From Paramecium tetraurelia (taxonomy: Eukaryota), in the NCBI GenBank assembly GCA_000165425.1, contig CT868441.1, forward strand, positions 284,216-348,215: a DNA stretch of 64,000 nucleotides. The letters are read 5' to 3'. The number at the start of each line of letters is the position of its first letter. Position 1 is the stretch's first letter. This document shows positions 51,701-64,000 of the stretch, one piece after another. The notes under the pieces are model-generated. The model saw only the letters and a list, made by a program, of their open reading frames with translations, searched no databases and was not told where the DNA came from. Position numbers and translations under genes: made by a program.

Positions 51701-54700
51701 GGTTTATTTACACAATTATTTGGTGATGCACCTGATTCAACGGTACAAGTTTCTAACCAAGTCTTGCAATCCGAATGAGTGAATGTAGTTCCTGTGTAAT
51801 TGCTACAAGTCCTTCTTAAGCAAGTACCATTATACCAAGCACACTTATAACTACCACTGTCAATTACACATTAATTATATGATACACCGGCATTACTACA
51901 ATTTGATTATAATGTAGTGCAGGTTGTTGGTTTATTTAATTAACATTGAGGTAACCATTTTTCACAATTACCATGAGTCCAAGTACTGATACCTGTCGTA
52001 TTTGAGCAAGTCTTATCAATACATGCAGTATTGCCTGAATTTACAGTGCATGTTGATAACCATGTTTAACAATTTGCATGATTAAATGTGATTCCAGTTG
52101 CATTAGCACAAGTCTTAGCAGTACATGCAGTACTACCTGTCACAGTACAATCAAAGTTCCAATTTTAACAATTATTATGATTGAATGTTGTAACAAAAGA
52201 TCCGTGATTAGTACAAGTCTTGGGTTCACATGCATTTGATCCTGTATTAACTGTACATGTAGACAACCAGAATTAACAATTACTATGATTGAATACAGTC
52301 ACTTAACTTCCATGATTAGTGCAAGTTCTACTTGTTACACAAGATGCACCATCATCAGATACAGTGCAATAATATAACCAATTTGAACAATTTGTATGAT
52401 TAAAAGTACTTAACCCATGATTACTACAAGTCTTATATTCACAATTAGTGCTTGTTGGTGTTAATTTACAATAACTAAACCAATTACTGCAGTTTGTACT
52501 ATTGACAGTAAAACCGGAAGGATAATTTGTACAATGCTTCATTTCACATTTTGTAGTTGAATTATTGGTACAAGTAGGTAGCCATCCAGAACAAGTTATC
52601 TTAGTAAAAGTACTTAATTATGATCCATAGTTATCACACGTCTTGAGCATGCAACCATCATTTGAAATATTCACTGTGCAAGATGGCAACCAATTCTAAC
52701 AGGTTTGGAGGTTAAATTAAGTAATCTGATTGCCATAATTACTACAATTTCTGGTACTCACACATTTAGTGGCTGAATAGTTTGGAGTGCAATATGATAA
52801 CCAAGCTCTACATAAGGATTCAGTGATAGATCCTGAATAATTATCACATGTCTTATATTCGCAATCATAGTTTAAGTATGTACATTGATTATTCCAATTG
52901 AAACAGTTGGTTGCTGATAATCCCATAGCTTAATAGTTTGTGCATGTTTTATAATTGCAAGTGGTTTCACTTGCTTAAAATGTGCATTATGGCAACCAAG
53001 TTTAACAATTCGCATGACTTGGGGTACTCACATTTGCACCATGATTTTGACAAGTTTTATTCTTGCACGCTGTAGCCCCGTCATTAGTACAAATATCATA
53101 CCAATTGTAACAGTTTGAGTGATTGAATGTTGTGACTTCGGATCCATGATTTGTGCAGGTCTTGGAGATACAACCAGTTGAAGAGGCATTGGATGTGCAT
53201 GTAGTTAACCAATCCTAACAATAGTATTAATCATATTTAATATTGTATCCATTGTAACTTGATAAACATGTTCTTGAAGGCAGACACCCTGAAGAGTTAT
53301 ATGTACATTAATTGCCAATCCATGAAACACAATAACTACTAAATGAACTTGTAAATGCACTACCATAATTAGTGCAAGTTTTGAGTTCACATCCATTTGC
53401 ACTTGCATTTGCTTTACAAATTGTTAACCATTATCCGCATTTTTAATTAGTTGTTGTTGTCATACCATGATTGAAGCATGTCTTATAAATGCATCCATTA
53501 TTTGACCCGTTGACTGTGCACAAGGGATTCCATTACTCACAATTAACATGATTGAAGATCTTAATATTATCTCCATAGTCACTGCAAGTTCTCTATGAAT
53601 GGCAGCCTCTCTGACTTTAACTTCTTGTGCAATGTGATAGCCAACTCTGACAATTTGCTACAGAGGAAAACGATGTTGAACTTCCACAAGTCTTATAATC
53701 ACAATATCCAAAAGTAGTAACTTGTTTGCACGAATTTAGATATGATGAACATGAAGACCATGCTCCTGAATCTGAACATTATCTATTTTTGCATCCTGTA
53801 GTACTATCATTGGTACATAAATAATTCCAAGATACACATTATCCATCTGTAATTTAACTAGGCGTACTATAACCATTTTTTAATTCAGTTGTGATACTTG
53901 TATTGTAACAGGTTTTTTCAGTACAACCATTACCAGAATCATTGACTGTGCAACTTGACAACCAATTTTCGCAGTTGAGATGATTGAATGTTGTAACGTT
54001 TGATCCATAATTGGAACATGTTCTGTGTGAGATACAACTCAATTATCCAAGTAAACAATGAGAATATCTGGTTTAACAAGTGGCAAGAGTAGTATCTGCA
54101 AAATCATAACAAGTTTTGATCTTGCAGCCAGTACATTATTGATAATAACAATCAGATCTAAATCCTTAACACCCAGAATCACTAAAACATGTACCAATAT
54201 TTTGGTTTTGATTATTACAAGTCTTATCAATACATTTCGAATTATCGTACATTGCAGTACAAGATGATGACCAAGTTTAACAATTGGAATGATTAATAGT
54301 TCCGGTGAAATTGGCACAAGTCTTTGGAGCACAATTTGTATTAGTAGAATTAACAGTGCAATTGGGATCCCAAGCAACACAATTTGCATGATTGAAGACT
54401 GAAAAGTGTTATCCATTGTTATAACAACTACTCACACATTGATTGTTTGTAGATTTCAACGACCAAGCTTCCGACCATTTCTTACAATTACTCTCTGTAT
54501 ATATAAGAGTTTATATAGCATTTGAACTAGTCTTGAAAGTACATCCATTGTAAGAAGAATTGATAGTACATCTAGATGACCAAGCCTCACAATTAGCTTA
54601 ATTAATTGTTCCTGAGAAATTAGTACAAGTCTTTTCAACACATATACCATTGGAACTATCGTACTTGCATGATGAGAGATATGTCTCACAATCTGATTCA

Positions 54701-57700
54701 GAAGTTGGGGTTCCAATCACAGTAGTGTACATTTCACATAATTTATATGTGCAACCAGAATTGTCAGTCTTTCTAGTACATGTGGATAACCATTATTCGC
54801 AATTACTATGCGACACAGAACCTCCAAAATTAGAACATGTCCTTATCGATTCACAATCAGAACTGGTTGAATAGAATGAACAAGTACTAAGCCAATTTGA
54901 ACAGTTTGATGCGTTTAGAGTCAAAGCGCCGTGATTTGTACAAGTTCTATCCTCACATAATTGACTTGATGAATTGTAAGTGCATAAAGAACTCCAAGAT
55001 TGGCAATTCGAAGTGTTTTTAGTAATATAAGAAGGCATATTACTACATGTTCGAGTGATACAACCATCGAAATTGGTATTGACGGTGCAGATTGATAACC
55101 AACCATTACAAGTTGAATCGTTGTATGGTCCAAACGATAATAAGGTAGGAGAAGCATTTGAACAGGATTTATCTTCACACGAAGTACCTGCACTATTAAT
55201 AGTGCAAGATGAAAGCCAATTATTACAGTTGGTGTGATTTAATACCTTAATGTTGGTTCCATAATTAGTACATGTTTTAGTACTAACACAAGCAGTTTAG
55301 GTATCATTACCGGTACAGTAAGATAACCAAGTATTACAACTGGCTGAAGTATAAGTAGCAGGAGTTATGTTGCTACATGATCTATCTTGACACCCTGTAT
55401 TTGATAGATTAGTACAGGATGACAGCCAATTGTTGCAATTGGTATTCGAGAAACTCGATATACTTTGGCCATAATTATAACAAGTCTTTTCAATACAACC
55501 ATCAAAAGTAGTATTAACAGTACAGGTGGATAGCCAAGCACTGCAATTTGTATTACTGTATGAACTAACTACTGCATTACTACAGGTTTTATTTTCAATA
55601 CAACCAGAATTGGAAGAATTTGCAACACAATAGGACAACCAAGCACTGCAATTCGCATTTGAGTATAAGGTTACTTAATCTCCATGATTATAACAAGTCT
55701 TACTTATACATGCACTTTGAGCAACATTGCTAGTACATGTATTCAACCAAGTTTCACATGTGATTGGATCAAAAGCTATCAAATATGATGCAGCCAATGC
55801 ACAGGTTTTATCTTAACAACTTGTTGTATTTGAGTATGTACATGTGGATAACCAGTTTTCACAATATTGATGAGTATAAGTTGTTAAAGAAGTACTAGTA
55901 CAAGTACGGATATTAACACAAGCAGTACCAGAAGAGTTAGCAACACATGCACTCCACCAAGCTTAACAATTTGCATTATTGAATACAGATACATTAGATC
56001 CATGATTTGTACAAGATTTAGGAATACACGTTTTAGAAGATCCTGTATAAGTACAATTGGATAACCATGTCTAACAATTAGCATGACTCAATTGACTAAC
56101 TTGGATACTATGATTGTAACAACTCTTTTGTTCGCATCCATTGAATTGAGATTTGACTGTGCAATCTGATAAATAACCTTAGCAAAATTCAAAGGTGTAA
56201 GTTATAAGTTAAGTATCAGTACAAGATTTTAATTTGCATGCTGATGAACCATTATTCGTGCATAGATAATTGTAACTCTCACATGTGATATGAGTATAAG
56301 TGGGCAAAACTGGTGAACATCCTCTCATATTCTCACAAGCAGTACCACCCACATTTACTTAACAGTAACTCAACCATGACTTGCAATTGGCATTGCTGAA
56401 AACAGTTACATTAGTTCCATGATTGGTACAAGTCTTAGCCTCACAAGTAGTTCCATTGGTAGTGCAAATTCCCAACCATTTATTGCAACTAGCATGATCC
56501 TATGTGTAGACAAAATCATTATAATTATAGCAAGTCTTATCTGCACACTAAGAACCTGAAACATATGTACATCTCTATAACCAAGCCTCACAATTTAAAT
56601 GAGATTGGACACTCACATTGCTACTGTGATTGGTACAAGTCTTGTCATTGCATTAACCTACAGTAGTGTAAGTACATTCATTAAACCAACCAACACAATT
56701 TGCATAATTAAATGTTGTTAAATCGGTCAAGGCACATGTTCTTTTAGAGACACAGGCTGTATTGTCAGAATTAACAGTGCAAGTATTTAACCACTAGTAA
56801 CAATTATTTGAAGAATAAGTTCCTAATTTAGCATTTGCACAAGTCTTGGGTTAGCAACTTAATTGATCCACAGATATAGTACAAAGATAATACCAGTTGT
56901 TGCAATTTGTATGACTAAAGTCTGTTATTGAATGATTGTAACAAGTCTTTTAAGTACAAGTCGAACCTGATACTGTGCATTCATCCCACCATGCATTACA
57001 ATTATTGTAATTGAATACTGTTATCGCTGTGCCATAATTAGTACATGTTCTACTACTGACACAAGCTGTATGATCGTCATTTGACTGACACTTGAATAAC
57101 CAGGTGCTGCAATTGCTATCAGTGAAATCAGTTACCTCAGATCCATAATTCTTGCAAGTTCTGTCAATGCATGCATTATTAGCAGAGTGTACTGTGCAAA
57201 GAGGAGACCAACCAGAGCAATCACTATGGGTAAATGTAGTCACATTCGAACCATGATTGGTACATGTTCTTGTAATCTCACAGGCAGTTTGACCAGGATT
57301 ACCAGAACATCCTGGCATCCATCCTGAACAATTGGCATCAGTGAATTCAGTCACAGCATATCCATGATTATTACACGTTCGGTCTACACATGAAGTACCT
57401 ACCCAAGCACATAATAGATTAGATATATTCTTGTAACACTGATCATAATTCAAAGCATCAGAACAATTAGTTGGTTTAGCTGCACAGGTTGTTGGCTTAT
57501 TTACTGTACATGAAGTCATCCATGCATAACATGACGAATGGTCGAAATCTGTAATTCCTTCAGTAGTTGTACATGTCTTATTTACACAACTCGATCCATT
57601 CCAATAACATTAGACATTTGTAGAGGTATATGTACAATTATTTTAATATTAATAGGAAGTACATGATGATTGTAATGCCAGACAACCAGTAGGAACAGAT

Positions 57701-60334
57701 ACATTATTCACCACACATGTAGGCAACCAATTAGCACAAGTTGTAGGAGTAAAACTAGCAATTCCAATAGTCAAACTGCAAGTTCTATTTAGACAATAAG
57801 GAGGATTTGCAGATGTGTTCCAAGTACAAATAGTACCTGCACTATCCTTCACACATTAATGCTATGACAATTCATTACAAGTCGCCTTTCTTATGGTGCA
57901 ACCAGTACCACCTATTCTACGTACTACATTGCATCTATTATCATAACCATGACATTCATTTTTATCGTCATAGCTGGCAGTATCTGGTGAATATATACAT
58001 TATCTGTCCAAACAAGAGGTTAAATACCAAGAACATTTATTACCATTCAGAATTTATTCACATTATCTTTGAGATGTGTATGAACTGCAACTCGTCATCA
58101 TTGTCATGCATCCTCCTGTACCTGTAGCAACAACTGTGCAAGTATCCAAGAAAGTATTGCATTCTGTAAATGTGTCATAATCTGTACTTGCAGGTGCATT
58201 ACTGCAAGTCCTATCAACACAAGATCCAATCCAAGCACAAGGATCACCAGATAAATTTGTAGAAGTAGCAGTACATTAAGTGGCAGTAGTCATATCTGAG
58301 CAATTTGCTGGTTTTGGAATACAACCATCTCCAGCATTATTAACAATACAAACCTGTGAGATATGTATTACACAAATCATTTGTAGTATGTGTATTGTCA
58401 GCAGTTTGACAACTCTTGTTAGCACATACTCCATTGTTCCATTGACAAATATCGTTGTTTATATCAAATCGACAACTATTTGAGTTAAAGTATTGATCAC
58501 AAGTGTTTAATAATTAACAGCCAGCTCCAGTAGTAGTACAACCAATTAAATACGAATTACATCCCTCATATGTTGTCAGTGAACTCGGAGCTGTCTAACA
58601 CTCCTTCTTCTTGCATGAATTTTAATACCACTCACATTGAACATTGTATGCATTTGTGATACATTATTCTGCTATTTTCATCTCTCCACATTGATAAGGT
58701 CTATCCATACATCCCATCCCAGTGTTTCGGACTGTACATTTACTTAGATATCCCTTGCATTAAGCATCAGTCACAAAACTGCTGTTTACTGGAGCATTTT
58801 CACAAGTCTTATCAAAACATAACCCAATCCAATGACAATTATTCCCTAACTTATCTACAACACAATTATCCTTTTAGAATATAGCATCACAAGTCATATC
58901 CATACATCCATTTAACGTTTTGTTTACTGTACAAAGTTTGGAATAAGTTTGGCATTGATCATGAGAGTTGTAAACATTTGGAGCATTAGTACATGTCTTT
59001 AATCTGCAGGAATTTAAGTACCAAAAACACTCTCTTCCTTGTTAATCTAATAAACAAGCTTCTTTCATTGTAATAATGGAGCAATCCGAATTCATGACAC
59101 ATCCCCCATTAATTTTGGTAATACAACCAGATTTATATAATTCACAATCATAATTACTTTTTAATTCCTTTGGAGCATTATCACAAGTTCTATCTTGACA
59201 ACCATTTTTTGATGCATTTACTGTACAATCGGATTTGTACTCTGAACATTTTTCATGGGTATTATAATTTTTGTCTGCATTGATACAACTATATTAAACA
59301 CACGATTTCGTATTCCAAGAACAATTCAATAATCCACTCTAACAACCTGTTTAATCAATGAAGTCTTCACATTTATTGAAAGTTTAACAACCACCCTTCA
59401 AACTAGGTACACACCCATTCAAAAACTGTTAACATTCCTCAAATGTTCTTATTAATTCAGATGCATTGCTGCAAACCTTTTCTACGCATTAATCATTCTT
59501 CCAATAACACTGCTTACCATTCTTATCAATAACGCATGCTGCACTAATTGAGATATCTACACAATTTCTAAGCTCAACGCATCCTCCACCTACTGTTAAG
59601 ATGCATCCCTTTAAATAAGAGTTGCATTCCTCATTACTCTTTATACTTATTGGAGCAGATTAACATGATCTATCAACACAAGTTATGCCATTCCAATTAC
59701 ATCTCACCTGCATGAATCTATCCCAAACACACTGTTATTCCCCTTCCTAATTGTAACAATTCAATCCGCTCAATTAACATCCACCTTATGATGATACAGT
59801 GCAGTCACTGTTCACACTTCTGCACTCGGCATCACTCGTCAATGATTTCGGCAATTATCCACAATCTAAACTCTTTGAACAACTCCCATTTTCCCAATAA
59901 CAATAGTTCCCTTCTGTATCTTTCCTGCATGATATTGCTGTCCTGTAATCAGAACACACACTGATTTCCACACATTTCTCTCCGTCTGTTATACACTTAT
60001 TAGATATGCTTTGACACAATTCATTTGTGCTCTATAAATAACTACTGCATGCACTAAATTCAACACATTTGTCCACCAAAAATGCACAGCCTGATTAAAT
60101 ACTACAATTAGTTTTATCAAATTGAGAACAAAATGATTCACTCTCTCCATCATGTACCGATCCTTATTTTAACTTCACTTTGCATGCATAATCCTACCAC
60201 TAACAACCTTATTTTATGCAATCATCCTGCACCATCAGTTGCAAGCATTCACATTCATAGTCACTCCCAACTATGATCTCCTTCCCTAATGACCCACTCA
60301 AAACTAGAAGCAAAACCAATAAAAAGGGTTTCAT
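48733..60334 (-). CDS. Giant (~3870 aa) surface-antigen-like Cys-rich GPI-anchored protein; one apparent +1 frame break at ~58351
   Basis: Signal peptide MKPFLLVLLLVLSGSLG, N-terminus paralleling 51C (CEC.QL....DC...C.W; KCITDG.KCVEI..CS.Y), Cys-periodic body, C-terminal GPI-like NHGAILMIVLVIILF*. Span of 11602 nt is 3n+1. Confidence 0.85.
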
Positions 60335-60711
60335 ATTTATATATAATACTCTTTTAGTCAATATTATCAATTAAGTATAATTCAAATTTTTCATCTCCCC
60401 CAGAGATTTTTTGTTTCGTAAATATCTACTCCAAAATCTAATCTGTCTCCAATTCGACATAAACACAATACCCTCTCCCAATATTAACCTCAATTACAGC
60501 CAAATCTATCTATCAAGACAGGCCCAAACAACAACAAAAGTCTAACGAAAGAAACTATTCCCCCTTCGAATCGAAAGAATAAACTAATAGTTATATTTGA
60601 ATCTATAATTTCTTTGATGTTATTTTTTAGCCCTTTTATTAAATATGAGTGTTCACATTCAAATTATAATAAACTCTCAAATATTATATTATATAAAAAA
60701 CGAATTCATCT

Positions 60712-61983
60712 ATGGTACATCATAAGATTGTTCTCTTCGCCCTGATTTGTTTAGTTTCAGCAACTACGGTTACAAAGTAAGATATTAATGATTTAACTAA
60801 TAAAGTAATTAAGGTGTTATGGATTCATATGTTAATCCAGGTCTGTAATCTTCAATAGATGAATTAACATAATCAAAGATTGGACATATGGTAATTGATT
60901 TGGCTGAAGTTACAATGAGAGTTACTGGAGCCGTAGATTCATTAGTAGAAGGAGTCAAAGCCTTTGGTCGTCAAATTGAAGAGAGATTGAATTTGGAAAA
61001 TACACAATGGGAAGTTGTTGAAAGTGAACATAATGCTAAAGTTATTTCACTCAGTTCATAAGCTAATTAAGCTGAATTTGATATCAATAGAGAAAAGAAA
61101 GTATTGAATTCTGAATTGATACCAAGACTTCATGAATTAGATGATGTATAAATATAATTACAAATTATAGATCTTATTAGGACTCAAAGCCAAATAAACA
61201 GATAATACTTAATCATTCAAAGAAGCTGAAGCTGCTAGAAATACCTAACATGAATCATTTGTATTGACTACAACTGAATTTACAGATGCTTTAAGAAATA
61301 TTGATGAAGCATTAGATTTATTAACTGATCTATTCAAAAGTGGAGAAGTAAGAGCTGCATTCATTGAAGTATCTGATGAATAGAAACACAAAGTCAATAA
61401 AGCTTTAAGATAAGTCAAAGCCAATACTGAGAATTTTGGTCATTAATATTCATCATTCATCTAAGCATTGACTAATTTGACTGAAGGATTCAACTTCAAA
61501 GATAGATAAGTTTTAAAGGAAATGTGTGATTTCTTGAACAGTTTAAGATTGAATATCTTTGATGCTTTGACTAAAGCTTATAAAGATGAAGATAGTCAAA
61601 AATAATAAGATGAATTAAGAAGATAATAATTGACAGCTGAAAAAGCAGTATTTGATCAATAATATGCTGATTTCTATTAAGAAAGAGAAGATAAAACAGG
61701 TATCATATCATCTTATCATACTTTTTAGTTAGAATCTCTGATGTTGAAACCCTGATCTCAACTAGAGAAGCTGATCTTAAAGCTTATTAAGATAGATTGA
61801 GAACTGAAAACAATAATTATTCAGCCAACCTTAAAATTCATGATGATATTGTGGTAAATTTATATATTTATATTCCATTAGTCATCTGTCCAATAAGAAT
61901 TAGCAGTCTTAGCTAAAGCATTGTAAGTGGTTCAAACTCCACCATTCTTAGATTTCTTAAATGGAAGAATTGCTAAAGCATGA
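60712..61983 (+). CDS. Trichocyst matrix / granule lattice (TMP/GRL) family precursor, copy 2 (4 introns)
   Basis: MVHHKIVLFALIC, then the same protein as copy 1 from LVSATTVT to ...FLNGRIAKA*. Confidence 0.78.
60751..61983 (+). repeat. Right arm of ~1.23-kb inverted repeat (partner 34841-36072)
   Basis: Direct sequence comparison. Homology stops at the TGA and at codon 13/14. Confidence 0.95.
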
Positions 61984-62718
61984 GTTTATGCAATAAATCA
62001 TTATTAATAATTCATCATTATTGGGTTACCTTTGTCTATTCCATCTTTCTGCTTCTTTTTCTCTATAATTCGAGCTTCATTCGAATATTAAGATCTTGAA
62101 TTAAAGCAGTATGTGACTTTTGTTATCGAATGATAAAAACAGTAGTTATAAAATTATTATTGAAAAGCGATTATATTTGGTAATTAAGAAATATCAAAGG
62201 AGAATGATAATAAAAATACTATTATTTGAAGCATTTTTATTTTAATAATCATTATCCATTTCACCAATACAATTTTCCTCAAACAATAAAATTAATAATT
62301 AATTAAATAACTAAGTCAGAAATTTTTGGATAAAAAACATTATGAACAGAAGATATTCTTGTGATAATTCTTTAATCAAAAGGCAATTTAAATTTATATG
62401 AAAAAATCATTTGTTAAAACAAAATTAAATTTTAAAATATAGTTATGTGGTGAATCCATTTTATCAATAAATTTTGTTAATTTTGTATTTCTTTTAAATT
62501 TAAGGCACTATGTCTTAAGTAAACTTTTTTACCAACATAGTGAGCATTACTTATTTTAATACAATTGTTTATATTTGGATTTCGAAATTATTGCAAGAAA
62601 GTCGATAAAGCATGAATAAATATTGGGAGGATCATAAATAAGTTGCATTTCTATTAGGCAGTGCACCTAAATTGTATTTTAAGTTTAATTTTAAAAGTGA
62701 TAAAAATTATAAAATAAT

Positions 62719-63731
62719 TCAGAATTAGTAGTTTTAAGCATAATCCAATTCTTCATCCTGTTCATCAATGTTAAGCTTTAAACCATTTGATCGACACCAT
62801 ACTCTATATAGATTTTTAAATAGCATAGAAACAGTCAAAGGACCTACTCCTCCTGGGACTGGTGTAATGAAACTGACTTTAGAAAGCGCCTAGTATAAAG
62901 AATATTTAAACTTTTTGGAATTCGATATCGCCAACAATCTTATTGGTTCCTGGAATCCTAGTAATTCCAACATCAATAACTTTTGCTCCATTTTTGATCC
63001 ATTCCCCTTTGACCAATTCTTTATGACCTGCACATGAAATCACAATGTCTGCCTAATGAATGATTTAATTGTATATATACTTTTTGTACATGTTCTTAGA
63101 CTGTTGTTTCGGAATGACAGATAGTGACTTTAGCATTTCTTCTCAGAAGCAAAACTGATAATGGGAATCCAACTAACTGACTTCTACCAATCACAGTAAC
63201 ATTCTGATTTCTCACATCAATTTCCTATGTGTCCAAGATATGAAGCACTGCAGCTGGTGTACATGGTATAATGTCGTTATCCTCCCCATTTTATAGAAGA
63301 TTTTGAAAATTGGCCATGTGTAAACAATCTACATCTTTACTTGGTTTGATTTCGTTGGAAATTTCCAATCTGGATAGATGAGGTGGCAAAGGAAGCTTTT
63401 GATAATTATACGACATACTTGAACAAGGATTCCATCAATGGATCCTTGCTAATTTAAAGTTCTAATTTAATGAACGATCTCTTGCTGAGTGATGCTCTCT
63501 GGAAAATGATGGAGTTCATGATGTACTTCATTTTCTTCACAGAGAGCTATCTTCTTGCGAACATATGTTAAAGATGATGGATTGTTTCCAACCTAAATAA
63601 TGGCCAGACCAGGTCTCATTAAAGCAGGGTGTTCCTTAATTTTATTATTGAATACTCAAGGTGTGATAATTTATAAGCTAGGCAATTCTAGAGATGGTTT
63701 CTTTAGCTAATAAGTTTCCATTTAAGATCAT
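62719..63731 (-). CDS. folD: Bifunctional methylenetetrahydrofolate dehydrogenase/cyclohydrolase
   Basis: [19 protein letters not shown]...[59 protein letters not shown]. Three introns plus an apparent +1 break near 63640. Confidence 0.92.
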
Positions 63732-64000
63732 TTTATTATATAATACTATAAATAATCTAAATAACGAGAGAACATTTAATAATAGCAATAATCATATAAT
63801 AAATTATGATATACTCATGATAAACTTTTATTGGCTTATATATATTTTCTAAACTTAATAGATGCGTAAATAAATTAAATGAATTATCCTTATCAGCCAT
63901 ATAGGCCATATTAAAGAGTACCCAATACTTCAGTGCATAACCCAAATATTATGTCTTATGTCGATTCAGTGCTATCAAAATCTAGAAATAATTATGCTTC

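Noticed and set aside
60390..60600. C-rich non-coding stretch between the giant antigen and TMP copy 2, considered as ncRNA or telomeric seed
   Set aside because: No C4A2/C3A3 repeats, tRNA cloverleaf or snRNA motifs. Kept only as part of the skew observation.
1..64000. Most short ORFs in the supplied six-frame track
   Set aside because: They were computed with TAA/TAG as stops, so they are fragments, off-frame pieces or antisense shadows of longer code-6 genes.

Overview
AT-rich, gene-dense ciliate macronuclear DNA, almost certainly Paramecium (P. tetraurelia-like). TAA/TAG read as Gln, only TGA stops, and introns are 20-30 nt GT..AG, so the supplied standard-code ORF track is fragmented and largely misleading. 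I re-translated by hand with genetic code 6. The left ~17 kb looks accessory or subtelomere-like: pseudogene fragments, a B-box/coiled-coil/TPR gene, a Cys-rich membrane protein, a WD40-like gene and a hybrid histidine kinase. Next come the 2233-aa surface (immobilization) antigen matching 51C, a CaaX-tailed arginine kinase, a small acylated protein, CFAP69, TRAP1, a beta-propeller gene head-to-head with a stand-alone RPA1-C-like gene, a trichocyst-matrix/granule-lattice (TMP/GRL) gene, a C2H2/AT-hook protein, a Ser/Thr kinase, a 2-TM protein, gamma-COP, LUC7, a WD-like gene, a giant ~3870-aa surface-antigen-like gene, a second near-identical inverted TMP/GRL copy, and folD. Most notable: (i) two ~99% identical inverted TMP/GRL copies, introns included, with unrelated signal-peptide starts, bracketing a 24.6-kb segment; (ii) a TPR array built from exact 102-nt phase-1 exons; (iii) recurring single-base frame breaks in short homopolymers, probably assembly errors; (iv) a lone RPA70C-like OB-fold gene on a 23-nt palindromic divergent spacer. 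No rRNA, tRNA, CRISPR, telomeric repeat or transposon was recognised.
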